Origin: Laetmonice hystrix
Taxonomy: Eukaryota
Length of the DNA: 64,000 nucleotides
NCBI GenBank assembly: GCA_965235115.1
Contig: OZ249436.1
Coordinates: 14,138,001-14,202,000 of the forward strand
Reading direction: 5' to 3'
This document shows, in pieces, positions 14,001 to 29,221 of this stretch. The notes beneath the pieces are model-generated. The model was not told where the DNA came from and searched no databases. It was given only the letters and a program-made list of their open reading frames with translations. The translations under genes and the position numbers were made by a program. Every line of letters starts with the position of its first letter. Position 1 is the stretch's first letter.

Positions 14001-17000
14001 GACAAATGCAATGTAAGGTGATCTAAGCGAAAACATTGGATTCAACCGACGCAATTAATTTGATGCATTCATTCCGGTCCATACAAACTGCATGAAAAAA
14101 CACTTAATTCCCACTAGTGGAAATACTAAAACGGTCGAGATGATACCGCTTTGGTTCATTAAGAACCGTTTGTGTGGATGTGCCCGATTTTTTCTCCATC
14201 AACGTTTTTGAGTTGTCAATTTTCCAAATTGAACATGAGCTGTTATATGAGAAGTACGAGTTGGCAGTGCAGCTCACTTGATTACCAAACAACATCGTGA
14301 TATAATAGGGCTTTTCAATTTACGATTATAATCGAAATTGATTGTTCAAAACACGTGAATAGTTCATTTATAACTGTTTAACCAATCCCTTATGTTGGTA
14401 CTTTTGGTAGATTTCTCACAAAGCTTTGTAAGAGATATCGGGCCATTGGAGTGGAAACATTTGGCACGTATTTTATGGATCGCTGATCAGAAGTACACGC
14501 AAGTTTACAGGTGTAAGTGATGTCCACTGACATGGAATCGGAACAGATTTAATAAAGATAAGCCAATCCACAGTGGTCAAACATAATGAGTAAGGAGAAA
14601 TGTTCCCACTGATATGGCAACAGTTTCAAGTTGTGAAAAGATACAAGAAATGCACGCAGCCGGTGTTAATAACGTAGAGTGACAGTCTATACACACCTGG
14701 TTGAAGGTAGCTTATAGGTAGTCATCAAGTTTCATCAGGTGTAAGGCAAAAAGTTGATAACGCAGCCTTCTTTAGCTCCGGTGTGGTTATTCCAACATGT
14801 ATTTCAAAAACACCATATACTTAACAAGCTAGATCCGTTTTTATGAAGATAGTTCCGTTTTTCAATAAGAGAAGTACAATCCGCGATTTGTCATTCTGTA
14901 AAGTTGAAAAAGTCCAGATATATGACGTGCTCATAGTATCATAGTGTTCAGACACTGGAGCACTGGAGGCCTTTGTCATCAATTGGAACACTACATTGAC
15001 TTGCTTTGAATTCTCCAAGCTTACCTAAGCAAGGTTTGTGGACATAAGAAAGATAAAAACTAGTTGTAAACTTGAAACTGTTGCCAGAGCCTTACCTGCC
15101 GGTGACCTATTGCGCGAACTTACCGTTAGGTGGCAAGGTCAGCTGAAAATGTCTGGAAGTTTCTTTGCAAGGTACGAGTGATACACTACCCACCTTTTGT
15201 TTCGAATATAATCGCCTTTTTTCGTGCTGATATGTATCAAGTGGCTTGTGGAAGAGAAATGAGGACTTTCATTTCTGGCAAGTTGTTGCCAGTGGTATTA
15301 CAGCTGCAATCATCACACTGGAAACTTTGCGTGCGTAAAGCGACAAATTACCATGCCCACATTTTACATCTTATTGTGCCCGATAAAGAATGGCTTTGAT
15401 GACATCCAATCTGTGCTACCCTCCCTGGCATTGGAAGATATTCCAGAGAATATATTTTATTATGAGGGGAAAATTACGCCTAGGACTGTTTTGCTATTGA
15501 AAGCATCAAGAATGGGATCTAGAAATTGTATGGTCACGGTATTTTTATTCTTTCTTATTTTATTGGTGTAGTTGACAGGGGGTCGTAACTCGCTCAGTTT
15601 TCCATATATGCCCATGAAACTTGCAGCGTAGACTGGGCACGAAGTGAACTGATCTTATGGTTTATGACGTGACCAGTGTTTCAGAGACGGTGTCAGTTTC
15701 TCAGTCAAGGAATGTCTTAGACAAAAAAAGAACCATAGCATCATAGAATTGACCTTTGATGACACTATCACGTTTATCATGAATTCGATCTCTGACTTAA
15801 GAGGTTTACTAGATCTAGGTCAAAGGTAAGAAAACGCTTAAATTCCTACGACTTCAGGAGAAGAGGGTCACCAAATTGATCAAGAGGGGCCCCGAATGGG
15901 AGCTCCTCAGGGCGGAGTGGGGGGGGGGTAAGTAATTTGACCTATTTTAATGAACCATGTGACCTAGAAGTCATCAATCTGTTCACTTTGCATGGAAAAG
16001 ACAGAATTCGGCCAGTTTGGCGAATATACCCCTAGTTTGAGCGAGTATTATATGGTGTTTTCACAGTGTTTACAGTGGCATTCATGGCGAAACCATGGTT
16101 AGAACAGTCCTTGAATCAATTTGTTAAATATCGGGAAATGAGATTTTATGGTTTGCAGTAGACTTTTACTTGTAGGGGCCTACTATTATATTATATTAGT
16201 CAGGAATTATAATTGTAGGGCTGGGGTTAAAAGTGATGTTACTAGATTTCCGACAATATATATTATTCTGGATCCGTCGCCTTCTCTCAGTAGATGTGGC
16301 TGTCGTACATGGACAGAGAACAACGTTTTCTGGCGGTGATTCTAAGACAAGGCGTAGGCCTACTTCCCATCTGTCCCGCTCACTGCCCACTTCTTATACG
16401 TACTACTGGAAAAATACTAGTTTTATGAACTTATCTAACTGCATACCAGATCTAATATTGTCGGTCATGAAATCCACGGGTTTCGACGAACGAGTACGCT
16501 GGCCCCTGCTGGATATGATCCCGTCAGTTAAGGCGGCAACTTGTTAATTTGGCCGGAACATTATTGTCATCACTGCCAATCACACAGATTTGACCAATCT
16601 GAAAGAGGGAGATTCTGCGACGAATGGTCGTGAAGCCCGCCTGTTATAGGTGTACTTAGATTGGCATTGTTTCACGGTGAGTTTTCGAGATATCGTGATC
16701 AGAAACATGAACTGAACCCATCTCCATTGATGACACCATTGATGAAGTGTTTTTAGTGATTCTGTCCTTGAACTGTCAGATCCTATAGATCCTATATTGA
16801 TACATCAGGTATATTGCTGGCGGACGTGGGCCGACTGGCTAGTAGCCTACCCTGGCCCTACCATGACGTCTATTCTCGCCGCTAGATGGCATGGCCATTT
16901 AGACTTAAAATGGGCCTTAAAAAATAATATTACAAAGCCATAGTATTAAACATTATATAATGACGCCAGTTATAAATAGTATTAGGGCCAACGCTCACTA

Positions 17001-17070
17001 GCTCGATGTCCATGATGTTGTAAAATTATTTGACAAAAAAGTAATTTTATACGTTAATAAAACCCCCACT

Positions 17071-17708
17071 TTGGCACGTTTAAACGGAGTTGTAAGGAGC
17101 AGCCAGGCAGGACAGAGAACACTCAATAACCATCTTATCATATACTAAAGGTGGAGCAAACGAGTTTCGATGCCATCCTATATGCTGGATACTTCAATTC
17201 TGTGTTGCTATGAGCCTATTTTATTATATTTGGTCTGACAAAGGAATGCCCCCTGGACCAAATTTGATTCTAGAAATGATTTAAAGACTTCTTAAAAGGG
17301 CCAACCAGTCTGCGAATCACCTTGAAAGGATTTATTCATCATGATGTACAGTGTAGAAGGCTTAGTGTCACTGCAAAGGAGATCCTCAAGGCTAACCCTT
17401 GTCCTCTTCACTGAAGTCTCGCGCATCACTAGACTACGAAGAAAGGAGAGTTCGGCTGCGTATTGTCTCCAAAGGAGCCACTTTGCAGTCCCCTCCGTCC
17501 ATATGAATCCTCTGTGAACAGAGCTGGGAGACAGTCACATGGAAATGTACGATATGTAATAGCCTTTAATTAACATACCTCGTCTCTTCAACCTTTTCTA
17601 CATACCCAGCATGAGGTCATGAGATGTCTTCTACAAATTCTCTTCTTGAACTTCAATGACTTGGCACGTTTAAAGGGAGTTGTAAGGCGCAGCCAGGCGG
17701 AGCAGAGA
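17071..17708. repeat. Dispersed direct repeat of about 48 bp, 590 bp apart
   Basis: ttggcacgtttaaa(c/g)ggagttgtaagg(a/c)gcagccaggc at 17071 and 17661. Confidence 0.85.
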
Positions 17709-19523
17709 CCAAATCTTAAGGAGAAAGACACTGTGCTTGCCCCAGAGACATTATTGATCATCTAATGCAAAGATCCAGTCTTGTCGCTACACTGTGACCC
17801 TTGCCCATTTACAGAGATTCTATCAGAAATTTCCAGAATCACAGGCGCATTTTTTAATTTTAAACTGCATCCAAAGATATATGTCACGAATTTGGCATTG
17901 CCTCATAGCGAGAAAGAGGAATTTTACGAGATGATTTAGATTCCATTGTTTCATTAGACTTTCACAAACGAAAACAGTGTAGGAGGAAGGAAATAAACGT
18001 TGTTTAGGAAAAGGATGACGCACACTTTTAAAACATGCTTAACTGACTGAGGAATTAATTATGGTCACAGGGACAAGCGTAATCAAATTTTAACATGGAA
18101 GTGAAAAAGGTCCCCCAACCCGTTTTCTTGCCAAACCCCCTACTCAGAATCTGTCAAATGGAGTCGGGTTGAGTTGAGTCGGATCGGTACGCATAGATTG
18201 ACTGACTGTTTAGTCGGCTGGTTGTCGAGAGCTGTTTACGACCGGCATATACCGACTGTTTAGTTTGTAAAAGTTGATCGACTAAACTTTCGGCCCTTCT
18301 ATGACGGTCGTTAAACTCTATATACCTTCGTATTCAATAAAATGAGGACAGGAAGTCAGATATCCTTCACCTGCTCTGTAACGTTATATACCACTTAATA
18401 CATAGACGTGTGTGTGTGAGTAGGGATGTTTGTCCATGGTCGTATACACAATTATCGTCACTGAATACACATGGAAATCACAGGTATTGCATACAATAAG
18501 GAATTTTTATGTGGTTTGTCCGTTTCATTCAGTCTAACTTTTAAAACTGACATGGTCAAGTTCTTGATTTTTCCTAAGGTTTTTACATTTGATCCCAACA
18601 TAGATTTGTGCCTGGTAAAGGCAGCTTGCATAGAGATACCTCACGGTATTAGGTTTTCCTGAAAGTGGATCTTCAAGCATTAAATACTTTTGTAAGTAAA
18701 CAGTATTTGTCAGGCTGAGAAGAGATACATCCCTGTCACACACTGAAAGGTCTAAGCCGGAACTTCATTATTAGCGGAGGATTACATTTTTTTCTGTAAG
18801 CACGGTACAATGCTATGCCTTTAAGTGGTTGGAGAATCAGTCACATTCAGGAGTAACGTTGCAATTATTAAAGGTAGATCTATGTATCAAATTAATAGAC
18901 ATCAGGAAATGTAAGACGGCAGTTTTCATATTTATTATAACTATTTTTATTATCTTGACTTTTTGATTATTTAATATTGTGATGTAACAGGATAAGGTCC
19001 CCACCATTGGTTTTCTATGCATGAACCAGTCTCCGCCCTGTCACAGGCACCCTTACTCCCTCTGCTGAGAGAACATATAACTTCCTTTTCTCCGAATTAG
19101 ATTTGTTATTCGTTGTATCTTAGGGGTTCGGTATAATTTCTACAATTCGATGTAGGCCAGTAAGTGAACTAGACAGACGGCGAGAGAAGGTACATATCCT
19201 TTCTGCATGCTTGTATTTATTGCAAAGATGATGTTACATACTGGACACTGTACTGGCGGCTGGTTACAACTTGTAATTCTGGTAACGGTGCCTCATTAAC
19301 GACCATATACTAACTCAATGATACAAACTAACTTACTCAGTTAAGCACAGTGTATCCCCATTCATTATAATCGAAGGGTTAATTAAACGGAGTCCTCTTG
19401 ACCTGGCATTGTAAATAAGGTAAGTTTATGTGCTGCAAAGTGATGTAGCCAAGGAAACGCCGGGGAGAAACTCTGTGGGGATCTAGGACGAAATTTACTT
19501 GAACAGACCGACAGGTGGGGGCT

Positions 19524-19590
19524 TCCTTGCCAGAAGTCAATGGGGTTTCCTACGATGTCCTTGCCAGAGGTCTATGGGGTTTCCTACGAT
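19524..19590. repeat. 34-bp tandem duplication
   Basis: tccttgccaga(a/g)gtc(a/t)atggggtttcctacgat occurs twice. Confidence 0.85.
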
Positions 19591-20174
19591 ATCACATTGC
19601 CAAGATCACAGTAGAGACAGCACTTATGTAAACCTTTACAAAAGGCAACTGGGGATCAAGAGGTTGTAAATGAAAACCTGCCTATATATGATGTCCTTAT
19701 TGTCATGTTCATGTTCATGCAGTGCCTAGAAATTAAATGTGAAGATTTGACCGTCCAAGGTCGCAACCTGCTAACAATATTAACTCAAACTTTTTGTGTG
19801 GGGTTTTAATTAATACCGACAGCGCTGACACAAAATGTCACTTAAATAAAATAAAATAAAATGATAACACTAGGAGGGTAGTTTAATACACTTAAATTAC
19901 ATTAGCAACACCAGCCATTATGACCGTTTACTGACAACCATTGTAGACCCCGTTATTGGGCGTTTTCTATAGTTATACTGAAGTAGTGAACTTACAGCAC
20001 AATTGCATCTTTTCATCCTCCTCCAGTTATAAATGATTTAGTAATTTGCACGAATGTTCTCCATGTACGGATAAGTAAGGTAAACTGAGCAGACTATTGA
20101 AACTTCCGGTCCAAAGTGCAAACATGGGAGCGCCACCTCACGACATCCGGCGGAATCATAAGTCAGATTCCGTT

Positions 20175-20610
20175 AGAATGTTGGCAATTTCCCCCGGTAA
20201 ACGTATAGCAAAGAGACCGGTCTTACTAACATCGGGGACCTCACCAGGTCTCTGCATGTAGCGGTACAATACTTGCTACCTTCCAACTATTTGGGAACGT
20301 ATTTTTGTTAAAAGAAAGATTGAACTTCAACATATAAGTCAACTGTGGAATTATAGCGACAAAAGCATCGTTCAGACCGGTGTAGGTTAATGGCACTGGC
20401 GGATCCAGGGGGGCTAAAGAGGCTCCAGCCACCCTAAATTCTGGACGTTGTTATTATTATCATCCAATTATGATTATATATTTTAGGCCTAGGCCTAATA
20501 ATATGTTCTTGCCCGATGGTTAGCCCCCCCCCCCTAAAAAAATCCCATGTAAGCTCCCTGCATAATTTACCTATACCTCCACTGCATCCGTCGCGATATT
20601 ATTCATTTTC
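20175..20610 (-). pseudogene. CR1/L2-clade LINE ORF2 (RT N-terminal) fragment
   Basis: LNDAFVAIIPQLTY..FNLSFNKNTFPNSWKVASIVPLH, then frameshifted GEVPDVS/RPVSLL/LPGKL. NIATDAVEV lies on the far side of the MITE. Confidence 0.75.
20394..20560. mobile_element. Degenerate MITE of the CAGGGGCGGATCCAGG type, inserted in a LINE fragment
   Basis: cactggcggatccagggggg ... aaatcccatgtaagctccctg. The terminus resembles those at 2581, 26365 and 30854. Confidence 0.5.
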
Positions 20611-21398
20611 TTTCAAATTGGGTTATGTTCTAGCTTCTCAGTCTGTGAAGTATATGTTGCGATGATTCATACATAATATGCCCACATTTCCTATCTGGGA
20701 GACACAATACACCTGCACAGGTTATCAACGAACAAGGCCCAGGTTTGTAACCCTAAATAATGACAGCCGAGTCGCATGGAGAACTTGACAACTACCGCCG
20801 GATTTTCCGGAAAGCTTTTCATGGCAAAATGTTTCCTTCTTGCTAATAAGTAATTGAGAGTTTTCCCGGTCTATGGAATGTTGGGAAACTGTAGATATGA
20901 AGACGAAGACTGCGCACACCATGCTGAACGTAATGATACCTTTGCATGTTGCCTTTACGTTTCAGACTTCAAGATACAAAGTGAGATACATATACGTGTT
21001 AACAGTGTTATTGACAGCTGCAGTACGAGCATGACCAATAATATGAATCTAATATTGTTCTTGCACGCATGCTCCCTTTACAAAGAGATATTATCATGGA
21101 AAATAATAGGTACATTTTAAAAAATGGATTTGCTTGCCCCCTCCTCCCGACCGATCTTACTCTGCCCAAAAATGTGCGGAAACCGAACTTCCAATTAAGT
21201 ATGGCCTAATGGCGCGATTCAATAATTGGGCTATGATGGCCGGGATGCCCCGTGATTTGGGTATATTAAATGTAAGAAAAATATATCAGCGGCGGAAAAT
21301 TATTGAGTGGGATGTGAGGGAGTGAGTGGATGGGTTGGAATGGCATGTGTGGGTGTTGGACTGACTACATAACTATAATACTGTACAGGCATTTAGGG

Positions 21399-21494
21399 CG
21401 TGGTTGAAGAGTGGACACGCCCCCCCCCCCGCCACACACACACGTGGTTGAAGAGTGGACACGCCCCCCCCCCCCCCGCCACACACACACACAC
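21399..21494. repeat. Tandem duplication of about 44-52 bp with poly-C and (CA)n
   Basis: cgtggttgaagagtggacacg(c)n-gcc(ac)n starts at 21399 and 21443. Confidence 0.9.
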
Positions 21495-24400
21495 ATTGTT
21501 GCCGGTGGCATAAAAAGGTCAAAGGCTCCTGGAAATTAGGCCTACCTCGATCTGGTTGAAAAGGTCAAACACGCCTGGGTTGCCCCCTCCCCTCACTTTG
21601 CAGAAGACAACGGCGCCCCTGCGCCCCCTTAACTATTGTTTGTGGTATTTCGGCGTTAAAGTTCAACTGGAATATGTGTTTGTCCCATGTCATGAGAGAG
21701 ACATCGTACACCATTCCAGAAATATTGAACAGACTTCTTGTAAAACTTACGGACAACTTAATGTATGCTGTATAAGGAACTGTATTGATGTAAAGTATAG
21801 CTCTATGCTAATTTCTGCCAAAGTGTTCACGTCGCGACTAAACAGTAGTTGATAGCAGCCAGATTGAGAGATTAAGACGTAAAGAATTATAGGATAAATT
21901 TGTATTGAACGGTCCTCACAGTCTTTCCGTAAACATCCCATTCTTTTGGAAGTTTATGTTCTTATAAATAGACATTGAAATTGCGACATGCGGCAATAAA
22001 TGACATTTGTGACAGTATATTTATTTATTTTAATATATTAGTGTGGTCGGAATTAAACTTCACATTTCATAAATGATCTGATTTATCACTTTTGCTTTCA
22101 TTTAAAGAAAGTAATTTGAGCTATCCTCCTGTGGCCAGACATCATCCCACACGTTCACTACGTGTGCCTTTTGAAAGCCTGATAATCTAGCTTACCGAAT
22201 ACAACGTTCGGAATTGAAAGGAAATTCCAGTGGGACTGAAAGGGAAAGGCTAGGTGGCGTACCCCAACTCACATTAAAAATTCAAGACATCCAGGAAAGA
22301 AGAATTTTCATCTGCTAACAATGAATCACCTCGTTTCTCAAATACTGTATTCAGTCATCATTCGTGTCTGTTGCTATCAATCATAGAAGAGATGAAATAA
22401 GCACAGCGCGGCACATATACACACAAAGCCCAACAACGGAATGAACAGATCAATGAGAGAATTTCATTTCCTCTCCACCATTCAGTAAACGACGTGTGAA
22501 CGCTCCACCTATTTATTCATCTACATTTCATCACAGTCCGCGTTTCAGCTCAAGATAGAGCAGTTGCTTCGGTTCAGACCCAGCGTGGGACGAGAGATAC
22601 GGGGCCATGAGAACTTAAACAGAAATATCCACGCTGAGACCATTTTACATCCATTGTTTATAATATTCGTAGAGCAATACTGTTGATAGCTATCCGTTTG
22701 GGGTCCATATACCTGCAACACACAGATACGAGCGCTAAACGTTTTTCTGGTCTTTAGTTCAAACGATAACCACAACATTAACAACTTCACAGCAGGCTGG
22801 TCATATATGCACTACATCAGCAGTTTTGCACGTTCGCAGTGAAAAGATTATTGAGACAGCAAATGCCCATTCTGAGCAGTTTTGATCGTTGGCTATATAG
22901 TGAAAGGCAGCCTATCTGTGGAAAGCTCAAGCACTAATGCACTGTTATTGTGGTGTATTGTGATATTACAGTGCATTGCTGCCAGTGATCATATACGCAT
23001 ATCAGTGAGAACACATTGCGGAAAACTGATAGGTTTGATGCCTTGATGGATTTTCAATCAGCTAGAAAATATTGCTCTTAATAGTAGTAAGGTCTGTGCT
23101 ACCATCAGCTTTTCTGATTAAAGGAAATCTGTCCGAAAATTGAAATAAACGCAGTTAATTCAACAAAAGTTGAGTAAAAACAATTATTTTAAGGGGGTTC
23201 TAGCAGTCTGGCACCATGGCACGTCCATATCGACAATATTTTTAATTAATTAAGCGTTTACCTATTTGGCTAGAGACGAGAGCACGCGAATCAAATCATG
23301 CCCTTATTTGGATTATGGGGGGGGGGGCGGGCGAGCAGTGCAAGACAGCGCATGCGTGCTGTGCCCGTTGCTTAGTAACGACCGCCAGGACCGTTAGGAA
23401 GGGAATGCGGCAGTTCTCAGTCCATTGCGATGAAAAATATGGGATGTATCGCCTCATTATGGCTCATAATCAACAACAGACCTAGCACAACAATGTTAGG
23501 ATTACGACAGAATGTTTTATCAGTCCAGTGGAATAGATTCAAGATCAGGTAAGCTTGAAATACGCGGATTCGTAGGAGATGGGGACACCGCTCCGACAAA
23601 ACTTGGCGGCTCTAGGGTGATCGATTACCTTTAATTCTCTAGAGCAACTGTCTTAATACAGGGACTGTAATTACCTGCGTAACAGCCGCGACCCCCACTG
23701 ACCCAAAGATAAATAATTACTGGGATATATACCAAGTTTCGCGCATTGTTTAGTCACTGAAGAATCGTAACTTTCGTTAGGCCTATTATATAACAATGAG
23801 AAATTAGTAAATATTGAAGTTTGGTATTGAAGTTGCTGTAGGATCATATAGGTGTAAGAATGCCCATTTCCCATGAAGAAGGGCCTTCGTCGCAACATCG
23901 CAGGGTTACCAAATTATGAACCAAAGTCTACCAAAGTGCCAATGAAATTCATCGGGCGATGAACCGATGAATTTCATAGGCTGTTCAAGTCAATGCCTGG
24001 TCAACAACCACCCATGAGACGTTCGCTTCATGGCGACAACAGGCAACTGGAATATATTGAATTTCGTTAGATTTTCCCATTTCTGTGGGTAAACATTTAT
24101 TGGTTTATGTAGTCCAAGGCCTTATCTAACCTAACAGTCCATATGGGGGCCGTCTTACTAAGGTCTGGTTATTAACGATATCGTTTATTTACATAGGTTG
24201 ACTCAAATGAGAGATACTGGTTTAAGGACTCCAAGTATTATACAAATGTGGTTTCAGAATACGGAGATTTACCTTCAGTTTAACTGGAGAAACAGCTAAA
24301 CTAATTGGAACGCGCGCAGGTGTTACATCACGTGGCTAAGTTGTGTAAACAAAATATTGAAGTCAGGTAAAATTGACATTAGGGAAAGACATGGGAATCG

Positions 24401-26364
24401 TCATTGCAATTAGGTGTTGGTGCTTCTTGTCAGTCATTGAAAATAATGCACGCAACTTCAGAAATTGAAATAAATTGTCCCTAGACGACAATAAGATTAA
24501 GAAGTTTTAAATGTAGAAGGATAATGTCAAAAAGATTAAGTTTGTTATGACTGAAAGATGATTATATTGATTGTCTCTCCAATTTATCAATCACCATGGC
24601 ATTATCAGGGTCATGGAAGAATCCATGACCAATCTATTACATTTTCTTTAGCTCACGCTGCTTTTCAATCCAGAATTTCCAGCCATGTTCCTTGCCTTTT
24701 AGGCCATCGTTTCCGCCTGTATCCAAATGGGAAATCTTTGTTTCACAACAAAATGTCATAGAGGCATGCTTTGAGGGCAGACGGTGAAATATGAGCCTAA
24801 GATGGTGCCTTGTAGGCTGCAGGCATCGTATGGAAATCGATTGCTTCCTTATAACCTACTACACCCTGGAGTATTATGCCTTTATCTGTCAGCAGTGGGG
24901 TGGGGAGCTATACCTCCATCACAACACAATGCTGTAGTGCTAATGAAGACAGAGCTACTGCTGATGTAAGATTAGCAGTGCGACATGACCTTGGCGATTG
25001 CCATTTGAGCCGACCTTACATTTCTCATCAGAAGCAGCGGAGAGAGTGTTAAATATCAACAAAGCAATTTATGTGATATGGAGTTAGGCGTTTTATAGAG
25101 TTATAGAGATTCGATTTTTTCTGTTCTTGAGATAATACATCGAATCAGTCAACAAATGTAGCTATTAAGTAGGCAGGCACCAGCCCGCAAAACACAATAT
25201 AGAGTGGTCTTAATTCGCTCACACATCGCCTGCATAGCACCTTCAAGGATAAGTGAATAACAGACTGTGCTACCGTACAAACTAAACTCACTAAGAAATG
25301 ACTGGGTTTTCTTTCTGTCTCTCATTGTCCTTCTTGTAAAAAAAAAATAGGAATGAATTACCACCGAGAGAGTGTTAAATTTATTAGGTCAGGTTGTTTG
25401 CTATGTGAGAACGTGTCGTATAGGATAATAGAGTGTATCTCACTCCAACCATGATGGCATGATCCACAGGGACGCCATACGTGTACATAGTGGGTCGTTG
25501 ACAAGGCCCTCCAGAGGGCGCAAGTGGTATTACTTACTTGCAATATTTTTTAGTGCTGTCACATTCGTCAAATGGCAGCTGTCTTAACCGTCGTTGCGTA
25601 CGACTTGGGCTACTCAATTCTTGGATAGGGCCATAGTAAAATGAAGATAAATGTGGGAACAGTGTAGCCGTCAGAACTGGTCACCGTTTCCACACAGTTA
25701 TATACACATTTCTCTGTGAAATGGATTCCCCAGACTGCACTTGCTGTGAAAGATGATCATAACAGTCAATGTCTGTGATCACATATAATAACAGATACTT
25801 GAGGTAATCTTGAAGACTGTCACTGAAATAATACATGCAACAATAACAGGTACTTGTTCCTGATAAATAATGTAATCTAGGAGGCTGTCACGGAAAGATT
25901 GCTCACGTAGCCGAATAACGTGTCAGGATACGGTCACGTCGGAGAACTTCAGTTGACATGTATATTTCCGGTACCTCATGTTATTAATTGTCTAGTCAGA
26001 CTTCACGGAGGAATTGGGAGGGTTAAGACCACAGTGTATTGGCTTGTCTAGGAAGTGACATTGATGTTGTCGGTGTACACAGGTGGGCAACCCTTCACTC
26101 CTTCAGTATCCCTACATCAATAAACATGCCAACACCAGGGTGCGCACCATGCAACCCACGAGCGCACTCGGAGACACGGGTTGCTTAAATCATGAGGGCC
26201 AAACGCCCCTGTTAGAATTCAGCATTGTGGCCGCCTCCAGATATAGGTCTATATTCTCGGCAGTGATGAGTACAGTCTTATGGACTAGATTATTCAGTGC
26301 TAGGGTTATTGATATCTTACTGATGTACCTTCAACATCTTAAGACCATGACTAACGGCAATCAC

Positions 26365-26492
26365 CAGGGGTGGAGCCAGAAAATTTTGGAAAAGGTGCGG
26401 GAAACGTTTAAACATGTATCAGTAAGCGTTTAGTTTGTATACGGAGAAATAAGGCGCCTCAGCTTGGATCCCACCCCCCGAACTCGCCTCTG
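26365..26492. mobile_element. Degenerate MITE of the same terminal type
   Basis: caggggtggagccag ... ctcgcctctg imperfect inverted termini. Confidence 0.35.
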
Positions 26493-29221
26493 TTCAACAT
26501 GATCGATGAGCCCTATACTTGTTCCTTAATGAATAGGTAGTTACGTCAGGGAAGACGTAGTGGACTTTGGTAAACATGAGTTATTACTGTGTACGGGTAA
26601 TACCAGTCAGACTGTTCTCAAAACTGATATTATGTCAGAAAACATACAAATTGGCACTCACTACATGATTACGTTTATTCAGAGACATCATGGCCGATCC
26701 AGTGTCTGCAGTACAATAAGGATTCGTTTACAAATCGGACCGCCGATAACTCAGTCTGCAGGATTGCCCACTGCCCGGAGCTGTACTCTGGTGCACCAAG
26801 TTGACGGACCCGCATCTCATGACGTATTAATATTACCCCATATCAGATTCAGCAAATAAACAACGTTGTTTTCATCATCAACCTACACCGCGTCATGCCA
26901 CTCTGGCGAATAGTGCCAACATTATGTCTCAAGAGTGGGATTAGGAATGAAGAGGAGCAGAAAGCTTCCTTGTTTTTGTTCCTGGTTGGATCCAGCACCT
27001 GATCCTGTGCAACTAAATAAGATTCTGGGTAAATAAGCAGAATCCTACAATGGAACTGTGCTCATGTTCTCTTCGTGGCCGAGTAGCATTTTGGCCAGGT
27101 CGTTTGCAGTAAACACCATGGGATGTTTTTCGACATCACAGATCAGTAGACCTTGACCCTACATCCTTCCATACTTTAAAACATACTAGCTACTCTTATC
27201 AAAATAAGCTTGGGTACCCTCAAGGTATCTTCTTCGTGTATCGGTCGAAAGAATGTAGCGGTGCAACAAATAACCTCCGAGGCAGTTGTCTTCTTGCTAG
27301 GCTATCTTTCCCTCCCAGGTACTTGGGAAAACGATCCTGCTGGAAACAAATAGGATGAAGGATACAAGGGGAACTGCACGATCTTATAGATACAAATTAT
27401 GAGAAATTTCAGTTACATCATCATCAGCGGCTCGGATATAAATAGTACGTCGATCCAGAATTCGATACTGAAAAATATGCCCAGACAGAGAACTGTTCAA
27501 GTGACAAGAACTGTCAATAACTGACTGAGTCAAGATAAATTCTAATTCTTGGTATGAATTCCAAAATGCCAAAGAACAAAAGCATTGAAAAACGTAGACT
27601 AAGTTGTGTTCTAAAATGCACCAGATGGCAGATCAGAGCCCAGATCGTAAAAATTTGAGAAGTTGCTTGATCAGAAGCAAGATCTTTAAGTTTCTACGAA
27701 TTGGGCCCAGATGACACCAAAATAACCTGAAATTTCACAATTTTCCCGGGAGATCATGCCCCCTGACCATAGCTATGCTTCGCGCCTTTAGCGCTCTTGA
27801 ATCTTGATGCCGTCGCCAATATTGTGCAATGACCCTATGACATATGCGAAGTATGCAGTTTTTGAGCTAGTCGCCACTAGAATTAATATTCTGAAATGTA
27901 GGAAAAATCCCCATTCTACAAAGGGCTGGCTCTCTGGCTCTGTCTGTCTCTATCTCTCTCTTTATCTCCACCACTTTCTCGCTCTCTCGCTCACTCGCTC
28001 TTGCTCTCTTAATTTTTTACTTAGTTATTTTTAGTATAGGCTTTTAAATGAAAGTGAAACTCGGGAAAATGCCCCATCTGGCCAAGTCCCAGACTCTACA
28101 CGTAACAGTGTGTCTGAGATGAATTGGTGGTAGTGCCCCTGTCAATGCACAATGAGCAGTCGACATTGCAAGATGAAATATGTTCTAATTCGTTTAAAGT
28201 ACTCTTCATAATCACTGTAAAGTCGGTTACTGGATTCAGTTCATAAGGCCTACGTTAAACCATCTATCATCAAAACGATTGACTGACTAATAGTCCTGTC
28301 TAGTACACTTTTCACACACTGACAAGCCCTCAAAGCTTGCATTTGTCAAATTCCTTTGTATATGGAAAATCGTAGCCACCTCACGCTTCAAACCTACCTT
28401 ATCTTGTTAGTCATAAAGCGTTATTTCAGTGATACACTGGGCTGTATGTTTCATTAACTCTTATAATGAATAGGATACGTGATTTAAGCCCACACATCTA
28501 CATCTAGATTTAAAAATTGGGTCTCAGATTCTGCAAGATTACTGGTCGGACGGTGAGCTGTGATGTATTAATTTTGTGTTTGTATTTCCATGAATAGGGA
28601 AATAAATCAGAAGTAGATCTTTTGAAATAGTGTTAAATGATGTTAAATAATATAACATTGCTGCAAGGTTTGAATAATGACTGATGTTACTATCGCAGCA
28701 TGAAGAGTACATAAACGAGACCTAGAATGTCGAAATATTTGATATGCATGTATACGGGGTAGGTAACACGGAAGAACCCCCTGCTTTGTCCTGTCCTAAT
28801 TGCATTGAGAAAGAGAACTACTTCAGAATTCGACTGTCAGAGGTTGCGTCTCATCTGTCAGAAGTGATTGATTAATTTGACCTTATGTGGTTCCGTTCAC
28901 TAACCAGACATGCCATGCAATATTGAGAAACAGCTGCGAGGATCCTTGCATATATAATCTCTCCCGGGTACACGGCCGATTCGACTGTACGGGGGGAAAC
29001 GTGATTCCGAACGCGCTCTCAGTGTCCGACCATCTATTTTTTTTACCCTCATAATTATGATGCAGACAGTGCGAAATGTTCGTCTTCAAGTAATATTTGT
29101 CATATACATGGATACAGAGTACATCGCTCGACATACAGAATGCATATATCCTACCCGGCATGGAAGGGTCCGACGTCACAAAATATGTCGTGCCGGACAT
29201 AGTATACCGGACCGGATCCGC

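Noticed and set aside
25040..25380. 15-bp direct repeat gagagagtgttaaat as a TSD
   Set aside because: The enclosed sequence has no element hallmarks, and the repeat is partly low-complexity.
26200..26330. BTB-domain fragment (LITAENIDLYLEAATML, minus strand)
   Set aside because: A single short resemblance with no flanking BTB/Kelch motifs; could be chance.
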